This document shows positions 37,749 through 50,900 of a stretch of 64,000 nucleotides of DNA, piece by piece. This DNA comes from Vermamoeba vermiformis (Eukaryota), in contig JBEWZL010000202.1 of the NCBI GenBank assembly GCA_045837725.1, forward strand, positions 248,001 through 312,000. The letters are read 5' to 3'. A program made the position numbers and the translations under genes. The notes below the pieces were generated by a model, which was not told the DNA's origin, did no database searches, and was given only the letters and a program-made list of their open reading frames with translations. Numbering within the stretch: the first letter of the stretch is position 1; each line of letters opens with the position of its first letter.

Positions 37749-38978
37749 TTATTTTGCGCTATTCTCGCCCCACAGAACTTGCATACCAGTTTGACTGTCA
37801 AATAGGTGCGCATGTTTCTCAAAAAATTGCTCTACGGTGGTCTGTTGATCTCGCGGCAAAAACTCATCCAACAACGAGGCGCCCTGTCTGTCCATTTTGC
37901 CTTGATTAAAGACCTCTGCCATGGCTGACAAATGTTGCACCGCATAGGCGTTCAGCGCTTGAGATGCAGCTTGAGCCCAAGCCTCGATCGGTACGCAGGT
38001 GAACGAGATCTGTTTTCCAGTAATTCTTGAAGCAATTTCGTAGTGGTCTTTCCACGAGCCAGTGTTAGAAGGAGGACCTGTAAGAGGTATTTTACGGCCA
38101 AAGTAAGGCTCTGGGTTCATTAAAAGCTTTGAAATGACCACTCCCAGATCTTCTGCCGCAACTGGTGTCTATCCGATAGCCACATTAGTAACGATATACT
38201 ATATGCACGTATATATTACAGATAGTTGTAGGTATTAAATTAAAGCTATTTGGCTACTTACGTGTTTGAATTTCGGATCAAACGGAACGAAGGCTGCTCC
38301 ATGAAGAATGAGAGAAGGACCAGGAAATACTAAATAGTTTTCCAAGAAGAAATACGGATTGATATGAATGACGCCAATATCAGCCCATTCAAACACTTGT
38401 TCTGAGAACCAATGATCTCGGCTCATTTTGCTTTTAACGTCGAAGCCCGCCTACAATAAAAGAGATTTTATTAGCGTCAATATTAATGTAATGAATATGA
38501 AGTACGATTGAAGGTGATTTCAAAGTCCAGAAAAAGTAATTGGATTCGTACTCTTGGACATACATCAATAGTCGCAGCTTGCGACATATTAACAAGGCCT
38601 TTGATGCCCTCTTCTTTCGCGGCACGAGCCATAATTATCGATGCCTGCACTATGCCATCTCGAACTGGAAAACAGAAGTAGATTCGTTTGACTCCCTTGG
38701 AAACTCGATTAGATCAATGCAAGATACCTTATCTATACTGCCAACGTTACCTTTACGGCTTCTCTAACGGAGTTGTAATCGAGCATATCACCCTTGAAGA
38801 TTTCTACGTCTCCGGGCTGGCCAATGGCGGACAAGCGAGTGGATCTGCCGTCGAGAGTGCGCACTAACGCTCGAACGCGATAGCCATGTTGTACTAAATT
38901 CTTTATAGTATGGTAGCCTGTAGATCCGACTTGGCCTGAAGCACCGGTGACGAGGATCAATGGTTTTTGTTGCGACAT
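37749..38978 (-). CDS. NmrA-like atypical short-chain dehydrogenase / NAD(P)-binding protein
   Basis: ILVTGASGQVGSTG, VRALVR, GDMLD, HWFSEQVFEW, FFLEN, PVAAEDLG, LTGP. Confidence 0.88.
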
Positions 38979-39600
38979 TGTTGAGTCTTCTTTAGCTTAG
39001 TAATTTTGTGCTTGTATCGCGCCCCCAAAAATTGTATTTATATTTTCTCGGCTTTAAGGCCTTCCGCGGCAGCTCCGTCAACAAGGAGGCAAATTAAATG
39101 ACGGAGGGAGGCAATTTTGATCCGTCGCTCCATCATTTTCTGAATTTGGCATATTCTAACTACACTAAAATAGGCATCATAAATATCTTTTCAAAGGAGT
39201 TATTGTAATTCGTGGAGTTACCTCATCTGAGATGCGAGTGATTACTGCGCGCTCGACATCAGAAGAAGCCGACGACTAACTATTTCCATTGCAGCATGAC
39301 GTGTAATGCGCGAACTATTTTAATACATTTTTGCTCGTGTTCTGAATGGTTCTAACTTGTGCTGATAAGGGACGAAGATTCGTATAAAGTTTCAACGGAT
39401 AGTTTTGTTCTTTTTCTTTAATTATTGTCAAGACATGACAACTACGTATTGCGCGATAATCCTTCGGAGGTGCTCCTTGATATTTATTTCGTATTTATTG
39501 CATTGAAAAGTTCAAAAATCTTCAAACCACGATAAAATGCTTCAATCGCACCAAAAATGATAGTCACTTGACACAAATTGAGTATTAAAAGCATAAGAAT

Positions 39601-41961
39601 ATGATTTGGCAAGTACTACTGGTAGTTGTTGTTGGTTTGATCTTGCGAAGCTATTGGATCAGCACGAAGCGAATGAGATCTGTTCGTCTTGTCAATCCAG
39701 AACAACATCCAGGAAAGGTACAAAATTATATTGCTCAAATAACAAATAATCAGCCGTTCTAATAATTTTATTTTGATATTAATATTTGGATCGCGCCAAA
39801 CTTGATTTTAGTGTCGCCAACTGTAGTTTAACTATTTAAAGCATATCATTTAATGCATTAAATTTATTATGGCAGCATCATAATACTAAGTCTCTATTAT
39901 CTAACGAACAAAATTTTAAGCCACTGATCATGCCTTACGAAGACATGCTTGTTTCTGTATTTAGGTTTATTAAACGAATATTAAGCGGTTCGGTAAGTAT
40001 CTATATTCTTATTTTCACCATTTATCAGCGCTAATCAACGTATTCTATAGACTGAGAGCGATTACGAGTTTTCACCAAAGTTAATCTCTAAGTGGCAAAA
40101 CAGGTACGTAGTATTAAGTACTATATGTTAGTATAGCTCGTATTAATAAAGATGGAATAGTATTCACTCCTTTCAAATGGCTTTTTTCGGCATTCCAATG
40201 ATCGCGACTTGGGATCCGCAGATCATCCGCGAAGTAGCCAGGTAAGAGTTAAACCTTCTAATTACGGTATATAGTTCTACATTTTCGCAATATATTTGAA
40301 AATTTCCGGGATCCAAATAACCTAAGCAATTACTAATTTTTTGTAACAGCAACACGCATCAGTTCGGCAAAGGCAGTAATCTCGGCTTGATCTCTGATCG
40401 CATTATAGGACAAGGTATTCTATTGGCTGATGGTGAGCGATGGTCTAAACAACGAAGAGTAAGTGCTGCTCCACATCCACGAGCGGATATGCGTGGGTAC
40501 TAACCCTAATGGATAGGTTATGAATCCTTCGTTCAAATTTGCAAGATTAAAGGCTATATTTCCTATTTTCGTCGAAACTACTCATTTGCTCATCAACGCG
40601 TTGAAAAACGAAATCCGCGAAGGAAGATCGACTCTGAATCCGTTCCCTTTATTATCAAAGGTGAGTAAGAGTGCCGTAAGATGCTTATTTTGTACGAATT
40701 ATTCACTGATAATGCCTAGATGACGATGGAAGCGATCGGTAAAGCTGGATTCGGATTCAACTTTGGAAATTTCGACAAAGAACCGTCCTTCGAACTTAAA
40801 TCGTATCAATTCATTCTCGAAAAGTTTGCAGATCCGAAGTATTTCTTTGGATTCGTCGCTAAGCTGCCAACGAAAGAAAACAAAATGCTTGAAGAATCGT
40901 TCAAGTCTTTCAACAAGCTTATTACGGATCTGATCGCGAAGAAACGTGCCATGCCGCAAAAAGAAGGTAATATTTTATATAATTATACGGCAACTAATGG
41001 CGTCGGAGTGCAAATAGACCTTCATAAAGTATTTATAAGGCGTTGGCTAAATTTCTTGCAGGCGAAGAAAAAGATCTGTTACAAATGTTAATCGCGGCTA
41101 CTGACGAAGGCGATAAACTTACTGACGAGGAGCTTATTCATAATGTCAACACATTGTTTATTGGAGGACAAGAAACCTCTTCAGCAAGTAAGCATCCAGA
41201 TTCATGAATTTCAAATCCGCAAAACGCTCTTAGTTAAAACTCGTACAATCATCATTAGGTTTAACGTGCACGTTATATTTATTGGCAAAGAATAAGGAGT
41301 ACCAAGAGCAAGTCCGAAATGAAGCCAAAGAGTTTTTGAATGGTCGTGATCCGGAGTACGCTGACATTGCCAAGTGCCCACTAATCAACGCAGTAGTCAA
41401 AGAATCACTTAGGATCTATCCCCCTTTAATAGGCTTCTCGCGCATGGCTACAGAGGATTGCATCGTGAATGGCTACCACGTGCCCAAAGGTACCATGTTC
41501 AGTCTGCTCACAATTGCCGTGCATAAATCTCCCGAGTATTACGAGGACCCTGAAGCATTCAAGCCTGAACGGTGGCTCGTAAGCGATGAAAACGAGAACA
41601 AGATAAACAAGGCTTGGATGCCTTTTGGTGTCGGTAAGGCCTTGCTCGTGTGACAGATCAAAATTTATGCAAACAGCTGCTCATGTTTATCGCTTGAATA
41701 GGGTCTAGAACGTGTATAGGCAATCATTTTACCATGCTGCAAATGAAGTGTGCTTTATCAATGCTAATCCAACAGTTCCAATTCATCGAGACCAGCGAGG
41801 TACGTCACAAAACCAAACTTTTCTCTGACTCTGCGATGACCTTCTTAGTGCCAGCTATATAAACAACAACAACTAACCTTGCTTATGTTTAGCTCAAGTT
41901 CCGTCCGTCAATCGCGCTAAAGCCAGTGGACTCATTCACGATCGGTTTCGAGTTGCTCTGA
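39601..41961 (+). CDS. Cytochrome P450
   Basis: N-terminal TM, WSKQRR, I-helix GGQETS, ESLR, FKPERW, heme motif PFGVGSRTCIG spanning an intron. Confidence 0.95.
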
Positions 41962-42368
41962 TCTGAAGTATGAAAGCAAATACGAATACAACTAGTGCTG
42001 GCATATCGAGGCAAATGGCACGAAGTAATATAAATTGTTATGGAGCCGTGAGTAAACTCAATGTTCTTCAAATATCCCAAGTTACATCCAACTGACGCAT
42101 GTCAAAAGCGTGTCAAGTAAGTTTTCATATCTTCCTATATATCCGCAGTGACTATGGCATGACTTAGCCAGCATTATCGTTGTCACTAAGAAGCATTGTT
42201 AAACTATGCAATGCAATTCCAAATGTCAAAACGTCATTTCAGGCAAATCAAGCCCTGATTGACCTGCTTTCTGGACAGAAGACATAAATAGCCGGATAAA
42301 TTTGACAGTCGCTAAAATCATTTTTCAAGTCCTTCTAACGACCACAAGGCTCATTTCCCTCAGTCAAC

Positions 42369-43055
42369 ATGAAATCCGTTGTTTTCCTTGCTTTGATTGC
42401 CTTCGCCCTCTTCTCCGTTGCTTCTGCTCAATTCTTGAGCCAAGACGAGGCTGAAGAACTTCTTTCTAACGCTGGTAAGTGTTTATTTTTAGTATTAAAA
42501 TATGCCTATGATAACCAAATTGTTAAACAATTAGCATCCGTTTTTTAACGCTTACACTCGAAATTGAATCAATGCGAGTTTACACATTTTAATATATTTA
42601 TAGGTATCACTTGGACCTCAGGTGGTGGCTGCACCGACAGAAACAACCGTCGCTGCACTTCATTCGAGAACATCCGTGAAAACACCGTCAATGGTATTAT
42701 CGCCTTCACCCAAGGCTCTGGATGCGATGTTGTCATTACTGGTGGAACTGAGGTAAGTCACATTGTCATATAAATTAAATGAATGCGAACGCTATCAAGA
42801 TGGATCTTAGATTAGATTTGGGAACTTCAATTTTTAATGTTTCTTTATCAGACTGGTCACTCTGGTGGTCCTAACTCTCGCTCTCACTGGAACGGCTACA
42901 AAGTCGACATTAAGTTCTCTGATTGCGTTGACGACTACATCACTAGCAACTTTGGTTACATTGGTGTTCGATCTGACGGCGCTCCTCAATACAGATCCGC
43001 TGCTGGTAACATTTACGCCAGAGAGAGCAGCCACTGGGACATTCTCTACAACTAA
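42369..43055 (+). CDS. Secreted small protein with LAS/M15-Hedgehog-type Zn motif (putative cell-wall peptidase)
   Basis: Signal peptide MKSVVFLALIAFALFSVASA; ITGGTE|TGH...SHWNGYKVD...ESSHWD; three exons. Confidence 0.8.
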
Positions 43056-43760
43056 ACTAAGCAGTAAATGGCTTAGTTCGGCTGTCATGTCCGAGCTAGA
43101 ATAAATTGTACTTTTGAGTAACGTTGCTCTACTTCGATAATTCCTGTCGCTATATGCTAGACGAACTTAGGCAAAGTTAGTTCGCGGCTAGTATTCTCGG
43201 ATTAATTACGTGTGGATTTAAGACCACGTTGAAGTACCGTGTCCCAGGGTAACTTTGGAGTCCGGATGTGCTGAACCTAGAGTACTCCAGGCTATTTGCA
43301 CAACGACTTCATCTACTGCTTCGCAACCACTCAATGTGAGAGGCAATATATAGCGATATTGCAGCTTTCTTGTCGAGATACCGCTACCTCGATCCGTATG
43401 TACGAGAAAAATTTTTAACACCACAACTTTCATCTCCCTCGTGCCTTTTCCTGCATCTTTCAGAAGTGAAGTTACAGTAGTATTTTACATCGTTTCGTGC
43501 AGTTTGAACGGAATAGCACGAGAAAGAAGGGCGTTCGATTTGTTGAACTTTTTTGTTACATCCAAAGCTAACAATACCACAAAATAGTCTAGTAATTCTA
43601 CGAGTAACATGAACTACACTGGTCGTAGAATTTGGTTGCAAGTTCTACCTTCATGGAAATTGCATCCAGCAAGAGAGTGCAATGCTTTTAGATCGCACGT
43701 GTCGTTTTTAGAATCATTGAGCCTGTCCCATGTTTATACTATTGCCACAAAGAAAACGGA

Positions 43761-45793
43761 ATGCAACGAGCCATTTATTTATTGGTCAGTAATTATTTTG
43801 CATTATTTTTTATTAACCCGTAAATTATCGTTTTAGATTCTGGCTTGGTTCATTTCAGATGCTTGTTCGTTGGTCGTTATTTCAGAGACATATGGAAATG
43901 TTACATTTAATACTCCCAATCACTTCTATAACACAAGCTTTTTCGTGCAAGCTCCCATTAAGATCATAAATCCAACAGCAGATTGTAATTTATCCGATTT
44001 CGAGCCGTTAAATGGTTATATAATCGTAAATACGGTATTTTCCAATCGATTATGCAATTTGGGCACTTGGCGCGAGCATGGAGTGTTGGTAAGTAATTTT
44101 ACGGATCCGAAATAACGCCAGTTTACGCAACAATCCATAAAAAATTACTAAATTTTGAATTTTAATAGGCAGTGATACTTATTGGATCTGATTATGATGT
44201 GCCTGCTGGCTATCGATACATTTGGGCGTTTATAGATCAGCCTCATTTACCTTTTGGCGAGATCACGCTGAACGTAAGCAATAATTTTGCTTATTATCAC
44301 TTAGTATATGTTTTTATGCTATTATATAGCCTATCCAGATCCAAATTATTTAATTTGAATTGGCACAGGACATTTCTCGGTTACAAGATCTGTTAGCAGT
44401 TGAACCAAACGTAACAGCTATATTTCAAAGTGGAGGTATGTCATGATTTTAGACAAACGATTGCCGCACTTGGATCGATACAAGTTGTAAAGAGTTTATC
44501 AACTTAATTCTGTGTACACGTACGGTCACCTAGTGATAATAATTGCAAGTGTTATTTCAGATCGTAATGAATGGAGAGAATACGCGCAAAGTACTGAACA
44601 AACAGCCCTATTAATATGTACTATAATATTATCATTTGGAGCAGCAATAGTTTCGTCGTTCATTCTTGCTCAACGAATCCGACGTACTGGTAAGAAGAAC
44701 AAGATCGTTACGCGCGACTCCTTTGCAAGTTATACTAATATAAATATTAATAGGCGCTGCAATGGCACTAGATAAACTGAGTTTGGGCCTCGTAACAGTT
44801 TCATCGTTGGATGTTTGTGCAGCGATGATTTTTTATCTCGTGCGACATCTGACGGATCAGATCGGTTACTTTGAAGTCTTCATAATGTTTTTAGTATTAT
44901 CTGATGGACTACAGCTAATAGCATGCCTCGCTATTTCATTTTATTGGTAAGTTGGAACGATCTCGTGAACGTGCGTGCACGCGATCTGCAGCCACTAAAT
45001 TTACATCCAAAAGGGTCTTATTATAACGCTATTATTATAGGCACCATCTAATGAACGACCTCAATAAAACTCCGAACAAAAAAATTCCGAAAAAGATCGC
45101 TGTGCCCTTGTTTATTGCTGGCGCGGTACGTGGATCCTCGGATCTCGTTTGGAAATTACGAGCCTTGCTTAGCTTTGTATACTAATTTTAGATATATAGA
45201 TCATTGCGATAATGTTAATAGTGCTTATTATCGCTATTCCAGTGCCAGCAGCTGATTCGACCACAAAAATTGTTGCGCCGATCTCGTACATTATCATAGC
45301 TATGGTAGGTCACCATAATTTCAATTAATACCAAAACTCATATTAATCTATACTACTAGGCTATTACTATCGGATGGCTCGTGTTCGGCAGCAAGCTGTA
45401 CAAATATCTGAAAAAGAGCTCGGAGCTTTCTGACGGCAAGAAAAGTTTCGTCAAAGATGCAAGTACCGATTATATCGCACTATTAATATTATAATACTAA
45501 TATATACGATACCTACAGTTGTCTACTAAGATCATTATCGCTTCAGTGATGTTGTTCGTGACCCGCATCTTGGAGATCGTGTGGACGATCTGCATTCTTG
45601 TATTCTCACCACGATCAATTCTGATATCGATGGTATATTTGCAGCACTGATGCTCGTAGCAACAAATGTAACGATTGCAATGTTCTTCAAGCGACCAAAC
45701 AGCTCTCAAAGAACTCGGACACCTGAGAACAAGGACTCTGGATCCGCTCCTCTGACAACAACAGCGCACAAAACTCCAAGATCTGACTTGTAA
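43761..45793 (+). CDS. Extracellular (PA-like) domain + 7TM membrane protein, with apparent frameshift near 45638
   Basis: Signal peptide, PA-like AVILIG...HLPFGEI, multiple TM exons, GC-AG intron 45459-45518. Confidence 0.65.
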
Positions 45794-46485
45794 TAATGTT
45801 AGCGAATATTTTTTGAACGATTATATAAGAATGAAAAATCGGTCGCAACAAAATTAACATAGTACTACTTTGAGTACAAAGTCAGTATTGCAAGAAGATC
45901 ACGTATGAAGGATCGAAATGCCTCCTATATTTCCGTCACTCATACTGTATTGAATATCGAAGGAACACTTGGTGCTATTTCGTGGATTTCGATTTATATT
46001 CACGCGGAAAAACTAAAAATGGTAAGAACTCGATGACAGTAATGGATTTGGATACGATTCTTAATTTAAGGGAAATTTCAATAACGGAATTATTATCCAA
46101 ATACATGCACAATGCCGGTACGTTTCTTGAAAAGTTTGAGACCTCATTTTGAGATTGACAGTCGTTCGCTCTTGCCTACCAAACACTTACCATGTTTACG
46201 CTTAAGAAAGAGTTGTTTAATTCTTTAGAAATATGTGCCTTCGCCGCTCGTTGACTTTCGATTGACTTAATTGCCAGCTCCGGGAGGCACCAGAACGCTG
46301 CTACCCCGCTTCATAGGGATAAATGTTAGGGGCAATGAAAACATGTGCGGAATAACGCGCAGAAAAAGTATATTCCTCGGTATCAGCCATGAATAGACTC
46401 GTCACGTGAAATCACACATAAATAACGAAGCAATTTCAATTCAAAACATCATCTTCAACCTACTCAACACAACACTACATACTCA

Positions 46486-47514
46486 ATGCTTACTACTATG
46501 GCTACAAACGATGTCAAGCCCAGTGGCGCAGGTCTGCTGAGGTTCGAAACTCGCGACACCACAATTAAGGCATCCGCCAAGGAACCTGTAGTTCCTCCTG
46601 GTGTACAACTCACTGGAGCGCCGCTCTTATGGAAGCAATCCATTGCTGGCAAAGGCATCGTTGTCGGCGTGATCGACTCTGGTATCGACCGAACGCATCA
46701 CGATCTGCAAGGCCAAGTGGTGATTGCTCGAGATTACGTGAAAGATAATGCCCCGATAAGCAACTGGAATCTCCATGGAACTCATGTGGCTGGAACCATT
46801 GCTGCCAAAGGAAACATCATGGGCGTTGCTCCTGAAGCCAAACTGGCTGACTACCGTGTCCTTGGCTTGGACGGCAGTGGCAATGTCGATGCCATCACAA
46901 TGGCTATTCGTCAAGCTGTCGTCGATGGCTGTCACATCATCAACTTGAGTCTTGGATCTCCTTCTGACTATCCGCCGATGCACCAAGCGATCAAGTACGC
47001 CGTGTCCAAGAACGTATTGGTGGTGGCCGCTGTTGGCAACAGAGGTGACGGCAAACCAACCACCAGAGAAATAGACTTCCCTGGTGCCTATCATGAAGTG
47101 GTTGGTGCTGCTTCAGTCGCGTACGATCAAGCGACTGGCAAGCTGCGTCCTTCTGATTGGTCCGACACCAGCGAAGAAGTCGACGTCTGTTCAGTCGGAG
47201 AAAACGTTCTTTCGTGTGCCCCTGGCGACAGATACGTAGTCATTTCTGGCACGTCCATGGCCTCGCCTCACGTGTCTGGCTTTGCCGCGTTGCTTCTTTG
47301 CAAAGCGAAGATGAGAACTGACTTGTCAATGATCCCCGAAGAAACGCTGTACAACATGGTGAAGACGACTACTGTTGACACTGGAGTACCAGGAATCGAC
47401 GTTGCTACTGGCGCCGGATTCGTCACGTTCTATCCTGCTATGCCAGATCCGTCCACTCTCAAGTCTCAACCCAACCCGCAAACCGTCGCTCAGATGTTGA
47501 ACACGGCGGCGTAA
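46486..47514 (+). CDS. Subtilisin-family (S8) serine protease, intronless, resembling intracellular subtilisins
   Basis: Triad motifs VIDSG, HGTHVAG, GTSMASPHV; INLSLG; AAVGN oxyanion Asn; no signal peptide or I9 prodomain. Confidence 0.95.
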   Translation: MLTTMATNDVKPSGAGLLRFETRDTTIKASAKEPVVPPGVQLTGAPLLWKQSIAGKGIVVGVIDSGIDRTHHDLQGQVVIARDYVKDNAPISNWNLHGTHVAGTIAAKGNIMGVAPEAKLADYRVLGLDGSGNVDAITMAIRQAVVDGCHIINLSLGSPSDYPPMHQAIKYAVSKNVLVVAAVGNRGDGKPTTREIDFPGAYHEVVGAASVAYDQATGKLRPSDWSDTSEEVDVCSVGENVLSCAPGDRYVVISGTSMASPHVSGFAALLLCKAKMRTDLSMIPEETLYNMVKTTTVDTGVPGIDVATGAGFVTFYPAMPDPSTLKSQPNPQTVAQMLNTAA

Positions 47515-47936
47515 AGCGTCGGTGGAGCTGCACGTGCAGAGAGATCTATCTTCTTCCTCACGTCTGCTGAAACAAACATTGATTGTTAATAACGATATTG
47601 TTACTAAAGATAAAAAGCTCTCCAATTACTTTTAAGAACCGAGTAAGTGCTTACCATTTACAAGCCTGAGAGCTATGAATATTAAAAACACCATCAACAA
47701 GTCCTCCTCGGCCTCGAAGGAAGTGTGGTATGTCAGGAGAAGTCGATGGTTGATCGGGTTAAGTGTTTTATTTATTGATCGAGTATGATGCAGCTAAATA
47801 AACGAGAGCTCGCTTATTGCTGGCACCCTCCTTCGAGTTGCTTAACAAAATTTTAGTTAAATAAGGTTTTCGTAATGTTACATCGTTATTGGATCGGCCA
47901 AAATTACTGACAGAAAATATCGCAAGACCAAGCGCT

Positions 47937-50900
47937 CTACCATTGTTGTGGAGGAGGTGCGCCACGTCCAGGCATCATCATCTTCTTAGGACCGCCAGGA
48001 CCGCCCATCATTTTCTTGGGACCACCGGGACCAGGGCCTCCCATCATCTTCTTTGGGCCACCAGGACCAGGGCCTCCCATCTTCTTAGGACCGCCGGGAC
48101 CAGGACCGCCCATCATCTTCTTGGGGCCGCCAGGGGTAGGACCGCCAGGCATGGGTCGCTTGGCTGGGCCACCTTGAGACACCGGGCCGTTGTTGGCAGG
48201 CGCGGGTCTGTTAGCGCGATCGCTGCCGTAGGTGTCGGCGTAGTTGGTCTGAGACACGACTGGCTTCTCGGGCTCGCGAAGGTTGGGATAGGCATCGCGA
48301 CCAAGACCAGGGCCGACGAGGATCTTCTTGCTCTTGTAGATACCTCCTTCGGGTGCCTTGGGGCTGGGAGTCCAGATGTACTTGACCTTCTTGCCCTTGA
48401 GACCAGTCACCATCATTCTATTAACGTTTGATTAGCTATCAGTCCAAAAACCAAGTGGATCAAGATCTACTTACTGATCGGAGAACTGAACGTTCAAGTT
48501 GGCGTTGAACTTCAACAAGACAGACAAGACTTCAGTCTTCTTGCGGACCTCGAAGAGCTCGTCAGTTTCAGTGGGGCTAGGAGGCACAGTGATCATCATC
48601 CAGTTGTCAGACAAAGTCGACAATGTGACGGACTGGACTTGAGTGGGCTCAATACGACGAACAGCGTTCCAAATGAAGGGCTTGGTCTTCTTAGTGTTCT
48701 TGTCCTTGTTAGCTTGCGCTTCAATAAACCAGATGTACTGTTGCGAAATGACAAGCACTCGTCGAACTTTCTTGGCCTTGTCGAGACCGTAGCACGTGTC
48801 AGCAAAGTGGACCTTGACGTCTTTGCCGACAATAGACTTGAGACCAAAGTTCTCGCGGTAGTTGATGTAGTCAGTGTTGAACGGTCTATCGAGCGACAAT
48901 CGTCTTCTGTCCTTGCGACCGCGCAACTTGTCGTTGACGTTCTTCTTGAGCGTGTAGAAGTAGTAGTCCATCGCGTACTTCAAGAAGAAGCGTTGGATTC
49001 TGTTAGCGTACGTGTACGTCTTGCGCTCACGAAGCTCTTCCAAGCTGAAGACGGTCTCAGGGGCACGCACGAAGATCTTGGTGTTGCCGGGCGAGTAAGG
49101 CTTAGTGCTCGCGTCCAACTGAAGTGACTCGAGAATGGCCAGCGCACCTTCCTTGTAACGGCCAGACCAAGCATCTGGGGGCCAAGTCTTGTCGCAGCAA
49201 ATAGCGTAGCGGAAGAAGAACTTGTCGTAGAACTGACGGAAGGCGTAACCAGCACGACGAACCTTGACGTTCTCCAACAGACCCAAGTACTTGACTTGAT
49301 GCTCCACACGCGTGGTGTCGAAGTCGTTGGCGGCCTTGCGATCGTTAGGCTTGATGCAACGAATGTAGTGCGGGTGGCAGCGAGACAAAGCGTCGACAAG
49401 TTCACCGATCGACTGCTTGATCTTGAAGCCGGCAGTGGTGGGCTTGCGCTTGTCGTCAGCGGTCTTGGACTCGGGGAACAAAATAGGGATCAACCAGCTG
49501 TTGGTGGATTGCGACAAGTTGATCAAGTCGTTGTAGAGCGTGTCCTTGTTCTTGTCAGTCATGCCGTCAGTGTTGTACTCGACATCACCGGCATAGTGCT
49601 TGATGATGAAGCAGCCAGAGCGTTGAGCCATGCCAAAGTGAGCGTGTTGCGAGTGGTACTCTTGCAACTTGCCCAAAAACTTCTCGTCCGTGCCCTTAGG
49701 GAAGTTGCACGTGTCGTCCAAAAGCGTCAACACACCAATAGGATCTTTCTTGGACTCGATCAAGTCGCAGCAAATCTTGTTGTTGAAGAACTTGATGGGC
49801 TCCCATTGAATGTTCTCGCGCTTGTACTCTTCTTGCTCTTCTTTCAACGTCAAGTTGATGAAAATTTGTTGCAATTTTTCATTGACGTAGTTAATGCACA
49901 GCTGTTCGAAACCGTTTTTCTATATTAAGAAAGTCATATTAGTACTCGTAACTAATGTTTTGTATCGTGCTTGAGACTCACCTCGAAGATCTCGAATCCG
50001 TAAATGTCGAGAATACCAATCATGATGTAGCTAGGGTCGTCAATGAAGCCCAAGACTTGATTGACACGTTGCACAATGTAGTCGAACAAACGGGAGTAAA
50101 TAGCCTTCGCAAGGGCGTCACGGGAGTAAGTAGCGCCAGCAGCGTCTTGAGGCACTGAATAGACAGATCCACGGCCAGCAGTACCAGTCGAAATAGTTCT
50201 GCAAATGCATTAATATCGAGTAGCCGGCGGGTACATCTCATTCATGAAAAAACGAAATCGATATGTGAGGTAGATTACCTGGTGCAAATGGCGGTAGTGA
50301 CCGATTGCGCATCCGTTTGGAACAAGTACGCGAACATGTCCACGACGCCAGGGTCCGCGATTTGAGCCTCGTCTTTCGCGTTTTGAGTGAAAGTGACGTT
50401 GCCGAGCCACAGAATGCAAGACAACAAACGGAAAATTTCGTACTTTTCTTCCGCTGAGAAGCCCATAGTATCCATGGCTTGCTGTTAATTATAATAATAT
50501 CCATTAGTATACTGCACTCATGGCATATTTAATCGATAGTGAGCTCGTTAATCGAGAAAAAAAGTTCGCGGCATCTAGATTTGTTTTTCCGTACCTCAAC
50601 TTCTCTGAATTCTTCGGTGTCGTTCATGCCATCGACAGTGTAGCAAGCACCTTGGTTGAGGTAGTTATAGTAGCTAGCGTCTTGGAGTCTGAAATCGTCT
50701 GTTGAAAAGATCCAGTTAACCTCGGGTTCAGATGCGATCAGAAAACGACTTTAAATCGACTTACTCTTGTATTGGCTGTTAGAACTAGCAAGCAATTGGT
50801 AGAAGATGTGGAAACAGCGTTCGTTAGGGGTCTGGTAAACGACTCTAGACTTCTCCAACAAATCTGAAGTAGATGCGGTCAAGGATCAACAAAAAAACAA

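Noticed and set aside
43218-43641. Short ORFs between the secreted peptidase and the PA-7TM gene
   Set aside because: No motif, no convincing splice structure; left unannotated.
47889-50158. Antisense ORFs over myosin I
   Set aside because: Explained by strong codon bias of the myosin exons; no recognisable domains.
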